Shown here: piece after piece, positions 36,901 through 49,406 of the stretch
Layout of the letters: each line of letters opens with the position of its first letter
Numbering within the stretch: the first letter of the stretch is position 1
Assembly: GCA_905178155.1 (NCBI GenBank)
Contig: CAJINV010000010.1
Coordinates: 3,864,587-3,928,586, forward strand
Length of the DNA stretch: 64,000 nucleotides
Reading direction: 5' to 3'
Source of the DNA: Amoebophrya sp. A120
Lineage: Eukaryota; Protista; Dinoflagellata
Notes under the pieces: generated by a model
The model's input: the letters and a program-made list of their open reading frames with translations, nothing else
Database searches by the model: none
Told to the model about the DNA's origin: nothing
Made by a program: the position numbers and the translations under genes

Positions 36901-38831
36901 CTGTGGCTGGCCAGGAAGGTGCTCTACCTTTGCCTCCGGACGGCGTCCCGCAAGATTGCGGAACGAGATGCGGGGGCAGAGAAGCCGGGCGCCCTGCCAT
37001 TTGCTCCAGGGAACTCGCAGGAAAAGGCAGGCCGCCAGGCCAAGATATGGGCGCCCGTGTCGGCCCAGTTTAGGCCACCAAGTTCGGCCGAAAGGGGGGG
37101 GCCAGGGCAAGGGCAAAGGCGCAAGCGTTAGTCTGGGGAAAGCTCCCGGAAAAAGTCAGAACCTGCTTCCATTTTGGTGCGCTTTTGTCATGAAAAGGCC
37201 TAGCCGAGAACTTGCCGCCTTGGCGGCAACCGGGACCCGGCCAAACCTCCAGCCGGGCAAGCCCGCAGCTGCTCAGCCTCTTCCCCCGGACCCCGCTACG
37301 CGCCACCGCAGGATGAGATCTGGGGGCGGAGAAGCCAGGCCAGCAGCCCGGCGCCCCAAATACCTCGCGGCGGATGGCATGCGTCTGGGGTTCTTCTGGG
37401 GAGGTGCCGAGGCTAATATCTTGGCCAGCAGTCCAGGTCAGCAGAAGCCGAGAAAAATGCCGCCGCGGCTTCATCGTATTCACCCGGGGGAGAGGTTGGA
37501 AGCAGCAAGCGCGCGGCCTCCATTTTGCCCGGCTTCTGCTGGTCTGGATACCGGCCGAGATGTTGACATCGGCGCAGCGAGCTTTTTCGGCTGGATGGTC
37601 TGCGCTTTCCTTTTCCATTCAGAGCGAAGAGAAAAAAAATGAAAAATCGCAAATCAAAACCTTGACCAAAACCTTAATTCTTTCAACCCCTAATAATTGG
37701 GACTATAGTACTCAGCAGACACTGAGTTGTCACGCGGGACCACCTAAGCTTCGTTCTGTGTTTGTCTAGCAGATTTCTATCTTGGCCGTGGGGTGAACGC
37801 ATTTTCACTCAGGATACGCGGGCAGAAAAAATCATGCGCGTCTATGATGGCGATTGCGCTGCCGTCGACGGACGTTACTACGCCAAGCCGAACGGATATG
37901 GATGTGTCAGGATCGAAATCGACAAAATCGAAAAATTTGTAATGCATAAAACGTAGGGCACTCGATGCCTGTAATGGGGAGCAGGCGAATGAGATCGATT
38001 GCAAGCCTGTCTAGGAATATGCAATGCGCTGCCAGAGTAGCATGGCAGGAGCAGTCTTCTTTGCCCAAACAGCATGACAGACCGGATTTGGGTGCTCCCG
38101 AAATTTGTCATGCGTCACTTACAAACTGAGGCGCCTGGTATCGATGTTATGCATCACAAATTTTTCGACTTTGTAAATTTCGACTCTGACACTTCCATAA
38201 CGGAGACGAGCCATGCACGGGCTGGAACGGGTACGCGAAAGGGTTTGCCATGCCGGCGAGGAATGTCGACGAGGAGAAAAATGATGCCGAAAGTCCCTTT
38301 GCGTCGTGTAAAAAAATCGATGAACATGCGATCAGTGAAGACATTAGATCCTTTATAGGTCGGTGCAGAGGCAACACGATGAAATTTCGCTACAAGAACT
38401 TCGATGACTTTGACGTCGGCAGCCCAAGGTGGAGATTCCAAGGTCGCCATTGGACGAATGCCAACGTTATGTTCCTAAAGAAATTAATCAGGGAAGAAGA
38501 AGAATCTGTTTTTTTCTGGAAAAAAGACCTCTTTGACTGGGACAGCGCGCGCGACATGTTCTTAGTTTCCGCGAAAGCGAAAGAGGTCTCATTTGAGATG
38601 AGTTGCGACGAATACGATAATGCAGGGAAAAAGGAAGGAAGTGAAGACGACTACTCTGTGACCGAGTGGCCGTCTTCTAAGGGGTTTTTCTCTGGCAACG
38701 ACTGCGACCTGATACGAATCCGATGGGACAAGAAGACGAAGGGATTCCTCGGTGTAGCCACTGGTGGTGAGGTGCAGGTAGAGTCGTGGACATGCCCGGA
38801 CCTGAAGGATTGTGGAATTCCCCCGTATTAA
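33961..38831 (+). CDS. 3' copy of the duplicated hypothetical gene (lacks its own 5' end; intact terminal exon)
   Basis: Removing 37897-38199 joins ..GRYYAKPNGDEPCTGWNGYAKGFAMPARN.. to the ORF ending 38831; upstream frame unresolved. Confidence 0.45.
34173..34444. mobile_element. Family H-like introner
   Basis: Imperfect TIRs; flanks gtcaa/ttaga (no clear DR). Confidence 0.75.
34796..37693. mobile_element. 2.9-kb non-autonomous foldback-type TIR element with 5-bp TSD
   Basis: ~50-bp imperfect TIRs (ttaagggttgaaaaaattaaggttt / aaaccttaattctttcaacccctaa); TSD taatt/taatt; empty site ctagactgaattggga at ~33745; internal ~350-bp repeats in inverted arms. Confidence 0.88.
37897..38199. mobile_element. 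Introner, family I
   Basis: TIRs; DR acgga/acgga. Confidence 0.9.
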
Positions 38832-39806
38832 TATAACAAAACGGAGCAACAATAACAAATGGGCAAGACGGAGTCAAGATCAAGAGTTTTCACCTAGCCG
38901 GGACACTCGGTTGACGGACGAGCGGTTCTACTCTACTACAACCTTGTTTTCAGCCGGGAAAGAAAGATGAAAAACACAGCCACACACACAGTAAGTTTTC
39001 TTTTCAATTGAGTATATTTTTTTTTTCCCTTCATCGCGATACAACTATAACAATTACAAACAGAAATTTATGTCACTTCAGCATCTCATTTTCATCAATC
39101 ATGGCTTTAGCATGCCTGTTTTACACGTGGCGTCGCAAATGTTTTGCCAAACTCGATGTGGAAAATCTTATCCCTCAGCACCAGCTTTTTCTTTCCGTCC
39201 CCAAAAAATAGCATATCCTTTTTTTCCTTATTTACCGGAGATCTGAAGCACGCTTGAAAGAAGAAGAACAAGAAGAAGTTGCAGTATTTCGCTGCTGTTT
39301 TATAGGCACGGTCTTCTTTACTTACTTATTTTATTCGCTCTGATAGCCTCGGGCGAGATCCCCTTTGACGAAAAGGCATCATTTAGTCGGCTCTAGTGGT
39401 AAGAAATATAGTACTACCCCATTTTTCAGTGTCTCCATCATGTTGATGTTTCACGAACAAATTTTAGCAGCTCACCAAAAAGTAAAAGCGCCCCATTCTG
39501 ATTCGCTTTCGCAAACGGTGCTGGAGGAACAGGAATCGAGAATCGTCCGCGCGCCATTTTTGCATCGTGTTCTTGCTGAAGGTGTTGGTGTTTGATTGTC
39601 CTCTATGGGCTCTCGGTTTCGTGCTCGTGGCGCTGCAGACGAAAATCGAAAATTTCTGTTCGCATCACTTCTGTCTCGATGTTCCAAGATTCGCCCTGGT
39701 TTATTGACAAGGAAATCCAATGATCGCTTCGTTCTCATAGATAATTTTAACATACTAGATCATAAACACTCGACTAAAAAGTAATCATCAAAGAAAAAGA
39801 AAAACC

Positions 39807-41097
39807 ATGTTAGTCTATTCCTTCTATGTGTTTTACCGTGGGCAGAAGTGTGTGTACCGCCAAGACTTCCTACAAACCGACTCCGAAACGAAGTTGATTT
39901 ACGGGTTGCTCGCGACCATGAAGTCGTTATCGCAGCAAATCACGGAGAAGATACAGATTCAAGACCCGAATCGGTCTGCACTTTCCAAAACGACAACCGG
40001 TTCCGGTGCGGCACATCATCAACACAATAAGCCAGGACTAGTACCACTAGCGGTGCAACCGTCGGCGACGAGCAGTCGAAACATCCAGCAATTCAATTCC
40101 TACACAACCCCGATATCCAAGAAAGAAACTGTGTGTGTGTAGGTGTCTTGGAGTGACAGCATGACAAATTTATTTTTGCACTGCATGACTACAGAGAAAA
40201 CTTGTCATGCGCAGCCCGTACGTGAAAAGGAAAACACATAGTACGAAATAAACAGAAGTTGATGGCTGGCCAGCATGACAGGTGTAACTGTGTTGTGTCT
40301 TTATTTGCATCACAGATTTACACTTCTAATTACATAGTTTTTTTCTTGCATACCCGAAGTACAAGCTGCACTGTCTGGAGATTCCCAGCGGGTATTATTT
40401 CGTGTGCACGACGGAGCTATCAAATGCAAAAGTCCCTGGATGTCTGGAAACTTGTGATGCTGGGTGGCGTCTCATGATGAGGCATTACAAGTGCTGGCTC
40501 AGCATGACAAGTTTCTGAGCTTCTAGGTGTATGCCTATTCTGCATGACAAACTGCGTTTCTGCATCACAGAAAAATGGAGTTCTTGGGTAACGTGCATGA
40601 CAGATTTAAGAGCCATGCCAGACAAGCGTGACAAATCTCGCAATCTTCCAGACCCAGACATTTTTACAGTTGATAGGAGCCGAACGCGTTACTTGACATG
40701 CGGGACTACATGCGACAACTGTATCAGCAGTTTTTCGTTCCGTTAGTGTTACAGTCCCCGGACTACACAGAGTATCCCACGAAAAAACTGTTTCACTGTG
40801 ATGATTTTGCAAGAACCGCATCACAAGTTTGTTACACATGACGCAGAAAATTTGCCATGCGCGTTTCCCAAGGGAAAACACGCTCGAAAATCGAATGTCT
40901 TGCAGGTGTAGCAAGACAAATAGTTCTCCACTCTATTTTCTGCATCACAAGTTCACAGTGAAACAGTTTTCTCTTGCGATACAGAGCTGGGGGGGACGAT
41001 AAGCGAAGACTCCCGGTTCGGCCGGGAGGTTACGCAGATTTTTCACCGCCTCAACGCAGCCAGATCTTCTTCCTCTTCAAGTGTGGGTCGGAGCTGA
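39807..41097 (+). CDS. TRAPPC1: TRAPP complex subunit 1 (Bet5, sybindin-like longin), three introners
   Basis: MLVYSFYVFYRGQKCVY..KLIYGLLATMKSL..FNSYTTPKYKLHCLEIPSGYYFVCTTE..MRDYMRQLYQQFFVPLVLQSP after element removal. Confidence 0.8.
40114..40352. mobile_element. Introner, family C
   Basis: TIRs; DR cccga/cccga. Confidence 0.9.
40418..40675. mobile_element. Introner, family A (opposite orientation to 12959-13213)
   Basis: TIRs; DR ggagc/ggagc. Confidence 0.9.
40773..40981. mobile_element. Introner, family C
   Basis: TIRs; DR cagag/cagag. Confidence 0.9.
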
Positions 41098-41117
41098 TGA
41101 AATTTTGTTCACTCGCT

Positions 41118-41379
41118 TATCAAATGTAAAAATGTCTGGGTCTGGAAAGTTGGAACTTGTGATGCTAACTTTGGACTCTAAAAAAATGTGTATTGCATGA
41201 CCAGCAAGAGGACCCACATTTGTGCTACGCGAGGAGGGCATTTGTCATGCGGAAATGGCATCAGGAAGCTTTCCAAAAATCTGTGATGCTGGGTCATGCG
41301 TTACAAGCATCATGGGTCATGCCAGACAAGCATGACAAGCCTTCCATTCTTCCAGACCCAGACATTTTTATATTTGATA
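41118..41379. mobile_element. Introner, family A, in putative 3' UTR
   Basis: TIRs; 6-bp DR ctcgct/ctcgct; 20 bp after the stop codon. Confidence 0.88.
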
Positions 41380-42036
41380 CTCGCTTGTCACGATGCAATC
41401 GTTTCGCCTTGTTGCATCTGTTGCATCGCTCGCAATGAAAGTCTGGCAATGGCCTTGGCTTGTTTGCCTATGAATTCATCATGGGTCCTCGCTCGGGTGT
41501 GCTCCACCGCGACAGAAGTAATTCGGAGTAGATGACGTTGTTCGCACGAGAGGATCAAGGTACATCTCTTCGCTGATTTCCATAGCGGGAGACGTTACTA
41601 GGACTAGCTTTTTGATTTTGTGTGAGAGCTTGGACATTTTTACCAGGCCTGATGTCGTCATTTTGGTCGCACCTTCTTCGTTGTCGTGACGTTCATTGTC
41701 GTGAGAGATGAATCGAAAGAGGATAAGTACAAAGACGCATGAGTACGTACGCAAGGAACCACTTGTAGTTGTAGGAGGAGGTCGCATGGTCGTGCTGGTA
41801 CAAAATGTACTGCTTTTTGTTTCAAGTATTTCTTCTTGTGTATGCAGGCCGGAATCTTGATCCAAGGACATCATACATCATGGAATTTTTGATCTCGCTA
41901 CTGATAGATAGAGCTCGTCGTTTCTCCGACCTTGCTTCTGATATACAACCGCAGCACAACGGCTTGATCGGTCAGAAAAAGCAAGAAGTAGTCTGTCGGA
42001 AAAAAAATCATCCACCGGCACAGTCGAGTCAAAAAT

Positions 42037-43947
42037 ATGTCGCTCCGGACTCTCTTTTCTGCCTTTGAGGAGCAACTTGCGCTGTTCAACGCCACCGCAA
42101 CGCCTTCCGCCTCATCAACAACTAGAGCGCAAGTAGCGACTGCAAGAACAAGTATTACGCGGCCCACCGAGCAAGTCTTAGGAGGCGACACGGGCACGGG
42201 AAGTCTGAAACTACTACCTGGAGAAGCACACCATGGGAATCTGCTCTTGCCCAGTCAAGGCTCGATGCAGAGTACCAGACGAAAAAACTTTGCTACGTCG
42301 CACCTAGAAACTCGTCCCGTACGAGAAGCTGGCACTCCTTCAGCCGGTACTGGGTTCTTGTTCAGGTTGCAGCATCATGCTGGAGCAGTTGAGCCTCCCG
42401 CTCCTGCAACCCGGGGAATAAGAAGTAGCATCCTTGCTGCTTCTGATGTGGAAGCAGCAGCAAATTCGAAATTTCGAGCATTGAAAACCAAAACTACAAC
42501 CAAGAAAGCTGCAGGACGAGGACCGACTTCCTTCTACCTGGACTGTTCTGCGGAATCGGGCGCCATGGAGGTGATGCCGCGGTCGGTGAAGAACATGTGC
42601 CAGAAACTGCTGGACAAGTTTTACAAGAAGCGGTGGACCTACGGGTACTGGATGCCGCTGAAGCTCATTTACGACGACTGGACGGACCTGATGAAGTTTC
42701 AATTTAAGTGGCTGACGAAGAAGAACTACAACCCAATCATGCCGGAAGAGTTTCACTGGTTTTACAACACAAAAAGCCAGCAGTGGTCCCGGTGTACCGA
42801 GTGGCACATGAACCAGTGCGGAAAATTCACGGCCAAGTCGAGCTGGATTCCGGAAAAGTTCCGAAAGAGGTTATCCTGTGCAAAAGTATCGTATTCGTAT
42901 TGCAGTCAGGCACTAAGTACAAATCTTTTTCTTGAGGTAACTCCGGATTGCATCTCATGCTGAGGAAATGATGCACTTATACGAGTGCGATACTTTTGCA
43001 ATTCATAGAGGTTCTGTACCGACGATTGGTACGAATGCCAAACGCTGGAAGAGCCCTGGACCTACTTCGGCTTCCCGTCGATGCAGCAGTGGAACAGCAG
43101 TTGTGGGGTCGGGTATTAACGTGAAAAAAGCCCCAACCCCATACTCAAAATGCAATTTGTGTTGCTGGATTTGTGTACAGAAATGAACTTTGTATTGCAG
43201 CAAGAGCTTGTCGGCATCCTCTAAGCCCATTTGGGTACGCATCCGGCTAGCAGCTGAGCATAAGAAACAAATCTGGCATAGGCGAAAACGCATGGCAGAC
43301 TCGCTGTACATTGCGCCACATGGATGCCGTTTGCCTTGTACGCAAGACAAGGCTGATTTGTGGCCACAAATCAGCATCACAGGTTTCCTTTTCGATATGG
43401 GGAGGGGAGATTTTTCCTCACAATACCGGGCCAAGTTTGCTGACACCGCTGCTATCCGGGACCCCGCTGACGCAGTTGGGTAGCTGCAGTCGGGCAAGTG
43501 AGGTAAGGTCAAACTTTATGTTTTCTTGATAGAATGGCATGAAAAACGCGCGCTGTAATGCGGCGAAAATTTGTATGCCTATGGAGCAGTAGCAAGGACG
43601 CGGTGGCATGACGATGGTCCTCCACCTCGTTTCGGAACCGGTTCTAATTCTTGTGACTCCTGCGATATATTCACAAAAAAGAAATAAATCTATCAAAACA
43701 GGTCTGCCTCGTGCCCACCTTTTCCGGGACCGGCGCCTACCAACACTACTTCCGCGCGGCCGCGAAGGCCGTTGGGCTGACGCAAGAGCAATTGCAGTCC
43801 TGGACGAATTTGCAGGATTACCGTTGCAAGGACCTGGGAACGAATTTGAACAAAGAAATTTTGCAGATGCTGGAACGCAGCCCGGACACGAGGTTGAATA
43901 CTTCCAAATTGAACTGGCTCTGGGGGGACAAAACTGTGTTTTTCTGA
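42037..43947 (+). CDS. Hypothetical protein with Trp/Cys-rich C-terminal domain; two introners and GT-AG intron 43503-43701; start uncertain
   Basis: Frame restored: ..EKFRKRFCTDDWYECQ..CGVGPSLL..ASE|VCLVPTFSG..KTVFF*. Confidence 0.65.
42872..43007. mobile_element. Introner, family E
   Basis: TIRs; DR gaggt/gaggt. Confidence 0.9.
43114..43425. mobile_element. Introner, family G
   Basis: Imperfect TIRs; DR tcggg/ccggg. Confidence 0.85.
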
Positions 43948-44995
43948 TTTATTTTACGTGGCGATTGCTTTGTTTCAATTTTGGAGACGGTTTTTGTCGG
44001 ACTTGTCGGAAGAGTTCTGTGTGTATGTACGATTGTATGTACGATCTATCCAACAAGAACGCGGTGCGTATTCTAGTATCAGTTTCTTTTTGAACTTTTT
44101 TTGCGGCACAGCAACATGCACAGACAGGCCTCCACAATGTTGCCCGGCCCTTGCCCAGGTCTATGTAGTATGACACTCGGCTCGGGAAACCTCGAGCTGC
44201 GCGATTTTGATTGCGCGACCAATTTCGTCCGGTCATTTCGGTTCCGCACCTCCCACTACAGATATATTGAATTTTTGAACCACAGCAGGCCAGTGTTGTG
44301 ATTTTCTGTGAAGATGTTCTTGCCGTGTTCGACGTTTTGCTTCTGAAGAAAATGTAGTGCCTTTATTAGTACTGTGCCACCTAGAGCTGCTTTCAAGAAG
44401 CTTACTCGTTATTTTACTTAAGAAGCCTGCAGCAGCTCCATGCACTTGATAGATTTTACGTCGTTCTTTTCTTCGGCGGAATCTTTCTATAAATTCTTTT
44501 CGTCAGTTTTCGTGCGAAATCGGAGTCGTTTTTGCTGCTCTCTAAAAATCGTCCGTGCTTAGTTTCATCGTGCAAAAACAAGCATTTGCAGCTCTGTCTA
44601 CTATCGTTGTCACAACTACTCACGCCTCTTGCAACTACTTCATTCCTCGCACGTTCCACCAGCTTGGTGTGGTGTAAGTGAGTGTACGCGAAGGAATACA
44701 GTACTTTAAAGACACAAATCAGGACCAGCACGGTAATTTGGTACTAAAATCCTTTCCTGTCGCGGAGGACAAGGGGCAATAACATCTTGTATTGCAGCTA
44801 AAAAGTCCTCGTGTAGTAAACCAACATAAACAAGAAGAGAAACTACAGGTGGCTTTCGGTTTCGTCGTTTCGCTTTTATTTCCTACCTACTTGTTTTTAC
44901 ACTCAATCTCAAAGTGTTAAGAAAGTACAAGTAAGTACCTACTAGATACAACTTCAGCCATACTACTTATTCCATTCGTCCCTTCGCGCCGGATC

Positions 44996-47900
44996 ATGAA
45001 GAAGAAGACCAACGCCTTCGTCCTCACGGCAGTATCCACAGCCTCTTGGTGGCTTGAGCAGCAGCAACAGAACAGGAGCAACCTGCTGAATATTAGCCTT
45101 GTCCCTGGGTGCGTTGCGGTGGAAGTGTTGGCTTTGATGAAAAACAAGATGCAGGAAAACATGCAGGAGAGGATGAACAAAAAAACCGAGAGCAAGAGGA
45201 ACCCGCATGGAGACTGTGAACCCCTCCAAGAAGAATTTTACGAAACGCTGAACTGTTGCGATGACAAGGGAAAAAATACGCCCACTGCCGTAGTTGGAGC
45301 GGCCGACCCATGTGACGCTGCAAAGCAGGAGTTGCTGACCCTCAACGAGTACTGTCTCACTGGGCCCGGGAGAACAGACGCCTGCTGGTTGCGTCGGGGG
45401 ACGAAAAGTGTCGCCGATTACGATCAAGTGGAATTGGTCGACGCGGCAATGTGCGACACCATTGACAACGAGAAACAAGACCGGTGGTGGAAGCATCGGT
45501 GTGGGCAGGACGGGCTTGTCACCACGTGTGCAGCCACCTACAAGGACGTATGCATTGCAAAAATGTTTGTGTCTGGAAGAATGCAAGATTTGTGATGCAG
45601 GTTTTCCATGTCCCACGAGGTCTGGAATGCGAGACCCAGCATGACAGATTCTTTGAGGTCTCTAGCATGCCTTTCCTGCATGAGAAACTCCCTCTCAACT
45701 TGGTCAAAAGGGGACAGCTTTTGGCACTCATGCAACACAGATTTCTGCATGATTCGGATTTAGCATGACAAGTTGGAATCTTCCAGACCCAGACATTTTT
45801 GCAATCCATAGGACGCCGACACCTGCAACGACGCGGCCAGGACCGACTTATGTCATAGGAAAAAAGTGAATAGATGCAGCTACACATTTGAAGTGGCAAG
45901 TATACTTGCGGGATAGTGCTGCAGAGATCATCTCTGAGATGATAAGTAGGGAAAATACACGATATGTATGAAACTGAGCTCCCAAGCTGCATTGATTGCA
46001 TTGTCCGGCATGATATTAGACAACAAGTCTGTCTTGCTTGGCAGTCAGCTACTCAACGAATGTGTAACTGTTATGAAACGCTTAGTTTTTCTTTGTTCCA
46101 TACGAGACTGGGAAATGCCACTGGAATGGTACAACTTGTGCGTTTCGGGACTTCGGCACGGAAGACAACAAAGGCTTTTTCTTTTGCGATGCGCTAGCGG
46201 ACGAGAAGACCTGTGAACTGGCATCCACGCCGGGACAGGCGCCCTACGGAGGGAATTGTAGATGGTATGTGGGGTTGAAGTACTGCGACTACGTGGCTAG
46301 CTATGTAAGGAAAAAAGTGCTGCACACGTAAAACGTTCTTACGGTTACGACCTAGTAGCGAGAAGTGGGCCACGCATCCTCGCGTTCTTGGTTTTGCAGG
46401 ACCGAGGACCGCGCAGACAACCGTCTGTGGTGCCGCCCGACGACATAAGTAAGTACTTCCGAGCCCCCTGTAGTCATGATGCGTGTTATAATCGACGACG
46501 TCGTGTACCTGTAGGGTTAAACTTAATCTTAATATGTAAAGATCTCCGGTTTTTTGCAAGAGCAAGGTTTCGTCGTCATGCGCATGCAGAGAGAGCAAGT
46601 CTTCTGTTGAACGTCGGCCACCCCAAGCCAGGGGGGCGCACCCGCCTGGGCGAGCACTGGCTGCAGCCACCCGGCCCCAAAGAACAGGCACGCCACCTTT
46701 GTTCATCTTCCCCTCCTGCTCCCGATGTTCCGAGGGGAATGAAATATCCTGCGCCCGCCCAACTACAATTATATCGCACCGTGGCGCGCTCTTTGCCGCG
46801 TGCAAAATTTCAAATCGGCAACAGAAAAAAGCCCGCCGAATGCGTAAAAGCCAGGGGCCGCGATGGCTCTTCAGGCGGTCGCGAGCGGGCCCCACGGCAG
46901 CAGCGGCGCTGCGAATATGCGCAGCGCCGAGCAAAAATCCCGCGAAACCTCACGCCCGACTCAAGGTCCCGAAAGATGGCCGGCCCAAGAATCTTGGTTT
47001 TTTCCCGGTTTTTTTTTCCGCATCTGGCCAATTCTTGGCCAAAAAGGGCCTTTTTGGCCAAGAAATCCACTTTTTGGCCAAGAATTGGCCAAAAGGGAGA
47101 AAAAAATCCGGGAAAAAGCCAAGATTCTTGGTTCGGCCATTTGTTTGCGAGGAAGGATTTGGCTCATTGCTTGGCAATTTGCGAAGGAAAACGCCGCGCG
47201 GTGGGCCGCTTCCGAAGGGCTTCGTGGCCGCCACACCCATAGACGAAACGCGCCCGCGGGGGTCAGCAATCATCGCAGAGGTTGGGGCGCGCGGGAGCCC
47301 CCAGGACAAAGCCGCGCAGGCAATAACACACGCCCACACGACCGCAAAACGGCTGCGCCTGCTGCGACGTGAATGCCAGCGCCCAGGCCTTGAAGGGTGC
47401 AAAATAAGGCGCACCCGCAGGCATCGGCGCCGCCATTCTTTCTACAGTCAGGGCCCGGGACGGCGTGCGCTGTGTTGGCTGCTATGGCCCCGCGCTTTTT
47501 CCTGTTTTCGGTTTGCTTCTTTGGCAGCCAAGGGAGACTTCCCCCCGGATGTCAGTCAAACAGCAAGGCGAGCATATTTGAAAGCAGCCACCCAGGCTGC
47601 GGGGTTTTGGTTTGTTTTTCCGAAGCCAATTTTCCCGAGGGGCAACGGCCGGGCCTATGCAAGGCCATTCGCAGCCCGCAGGAGCGCCGCCGCTTATTAA
47701 GTTCTCCGTGTCCCGCCTCCTGGCGTTTTCCATGTATGCCAAGAAGTTCGCAGCAAAATTTGCTGCCAAACTACTAGCGGCGCCTCGTTGATTGTGTGCG
47801 CCAGCAGGCGCAGGGCGCAACCTTGGCTCTTCCTGGCGTCCCTTGCCCCCCCCCCCTTTGCGTGACTCTTTGTGATTCTGCTTTAGGCCACAGGCCTCGG

Positions 47901-48723
47901 CGAAGGAAATTTCGCTCGGTGTGCGGGGTGGCAGAGCTCGTAGGCGGGGTCTGTTGCCCATTTCGCCTGAAGTCATTGCGGCTTTATTTCGGTTATTGGT
48001 GTGCGGCCAAAGAGCAGGCCGACCGCTAACAGTGCTCGAGCAAAAGCATCGCCAAAGCATCCGCGTCAGGCCTTCCCTGCTTTCGGTTCTTGGCGGTGGT
48101 GGCCAGCCGGGCGTTGTCGTTTCGTCGGCACAGACATTGGCTGCGGACAGCCGAAACGGTGCGGACCACGAAAATTCTTGGTTTTTTTCGTGTCCCGTTT
48201 TGCATTTTGTCCGTTCATAGTTTTTTGCAAGAGCAAGGTTTCGTCGTCATGCGCATGCAGAGAGAGCAAGTCTTTCTTGTCCAAGTAGTTCTTTGTACTC
48301 TGCTCTAAAAAAACAGTTACTGGAATAAGTGGTGTAAAAATGAAGGCACTTTTTTCCTTTGATACCATTGCGGGAGCTGGAACCATGGCTCGTCCGGCTA
48401 GCGTGGCGGGGACTGCTGGAGACGCCAGCGGAAGTGGAGGTGAGAGCGCGGGAGGCGTCGAAGGCGTGGGAGTCGAAGGCACAGCAGGCGCCGTGGGAGG
48501 CGAAGGCACAGTAAGCGCAGGCGCAGCCGCAGGCGCAGGCGCAGGCGCAGGCGCAGGCGCAGGCGCAGGCGCAGGCGCAGGCGCAGGCGCAGGCGCAGGC
48601 GCAGGCGCAGGCGCAGGCGCAGGCGCAGGCGCAGGCGCAGGCGCAGGCGCAGGCGCAGGCGCAGGCGCAGGCGCGGGAAAAGAAGAAGTTGTGACGGACA
48701 CTGCCGAGACCACCTGCTGCTAG
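44996..48723 (+). CDS. Putative secreted Cys-rich protein with (Ala-Gly)n tail ending TTCC; paralogous in part to the 53751 gene
   Basis: TETGKCHWNGTTCAFRDFGTEDNKGF aligns with TDTGKCQW..CKFRDFVAENNQGF; exons joined via introners and GT-AG introns. Confidence 0.6.
45549..45810. mobile_element. Introner, family A
   Basis: TIRs; DR ggacg/ggacg. Confidence 0.9.
45849..46102. mobile_element. Highly decayed introner
   Basis: tatg...cata ends; DR cgact/cgaga; removal gives RTETGKC. Confidence 0.6.
46604..48219. mobile_element. 1.6-kb GC-rich intronic insert flanked by a 55-bp direct duplication
   Basis: 46549-46603 identical to 48220-48274; internal palindrome 46985-47131; right end ..gttcata. 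Confidence 0.75.
48517..48672 (+). repeat. (GCAGGC)n hexamer, ~26 units, coding (Ala-Gly)n
   Basis: Seen directly; in frame in the last exon of the 44996 gene. Confidence 0.95.
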
Positions 48724-49406
48724 AAGAGCGCCGCCAATAGCTTCTACAATGGCAAGCTTCTCCGGTTATTCAACTAGTACCTTCACAATAATAATTAGAA
48801 ACTCAAATTTGTTCTTCAAAGAGTCGGAGTTAATATCGAGGAATTTACCGCGCACAAAAAATTTCGCAGAGCAGCCCACTTCTTCAAACACCTGGACATC
48901 TTGTTCGACGTTTCTGCTTTAGTACATTGTGTCGCTCCTTTTGGTTTTTTTCTGTCGTATCGTTCATCTTTGCGTCATTTTTCGTGCGAAAATCGGCGTC
49001 TTCTTCGTTTCCCTGCAAAAATCGTCCGCGCTCTACTCATTCTCGTGCAAAAATCTTCTGCAGCACTAGGTGCTCGCAGCATTAGGTACTCTGTCGTGGT
49101 CACAAGTCAGGCATATTGCAATGGTTTCCTCGTATGTTGCTGCTGTAGTTTCGTCCACGTATTAATTGCACATGCTCTTCTTTGAAGACACAATTGGTTT
49201 AGGACGTCAATAATTTGATAAAACCTCCCAGGTAAAAGTTCCCTCTGGAAATAAAGATAAAGAACGGTAGAAGAAGTAGGAGAAGTAACGCAGCAACAGG
49301 TTCTTGTGGTCGCTTAAGTGTTTAGTACTTTGGTTTTCCCAGTTGTACACGACTTGAATAGAAGCGAGGGATCCATTTTTTCTCGCGTAAAGAACGAAAA
49401 CATACG

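Larger units (their letters stand above)
31720..37896 (+). repeat. Tandem segmental duplication: copy A ~31720-33948, copy B ~33961-37896
   Basis: Collinear, highly similar blocks (gatcttaaaaacaacaacgctcctctc..., gtgtggcatatcccgcgg..., cattttcactcaggatacgcggg...) differing by insertions. Confidence 0.9.

Noticed and set aside
35000-37769. Multiple 100-230 aa ORFs as possible transposase
   Set aside because: GC-rich repeat-derived frames, mirrored on both strands, with no DDE, HUH, RT or tyrosine-recombinase motif recognised
46388-47700. 284- and 333-aa ORFs in the 1.6-kb insert
   Set aside because: Low-information R/P/A-rich translations of GC-rich palindromic DNA; no domain recognised
48066-48713. 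Minus-strand (Pro-Ala)n ORF
   Set aside because: Antisense of the (Ala-Gly)n last exon; it runs into the insert and every supported gene is on +
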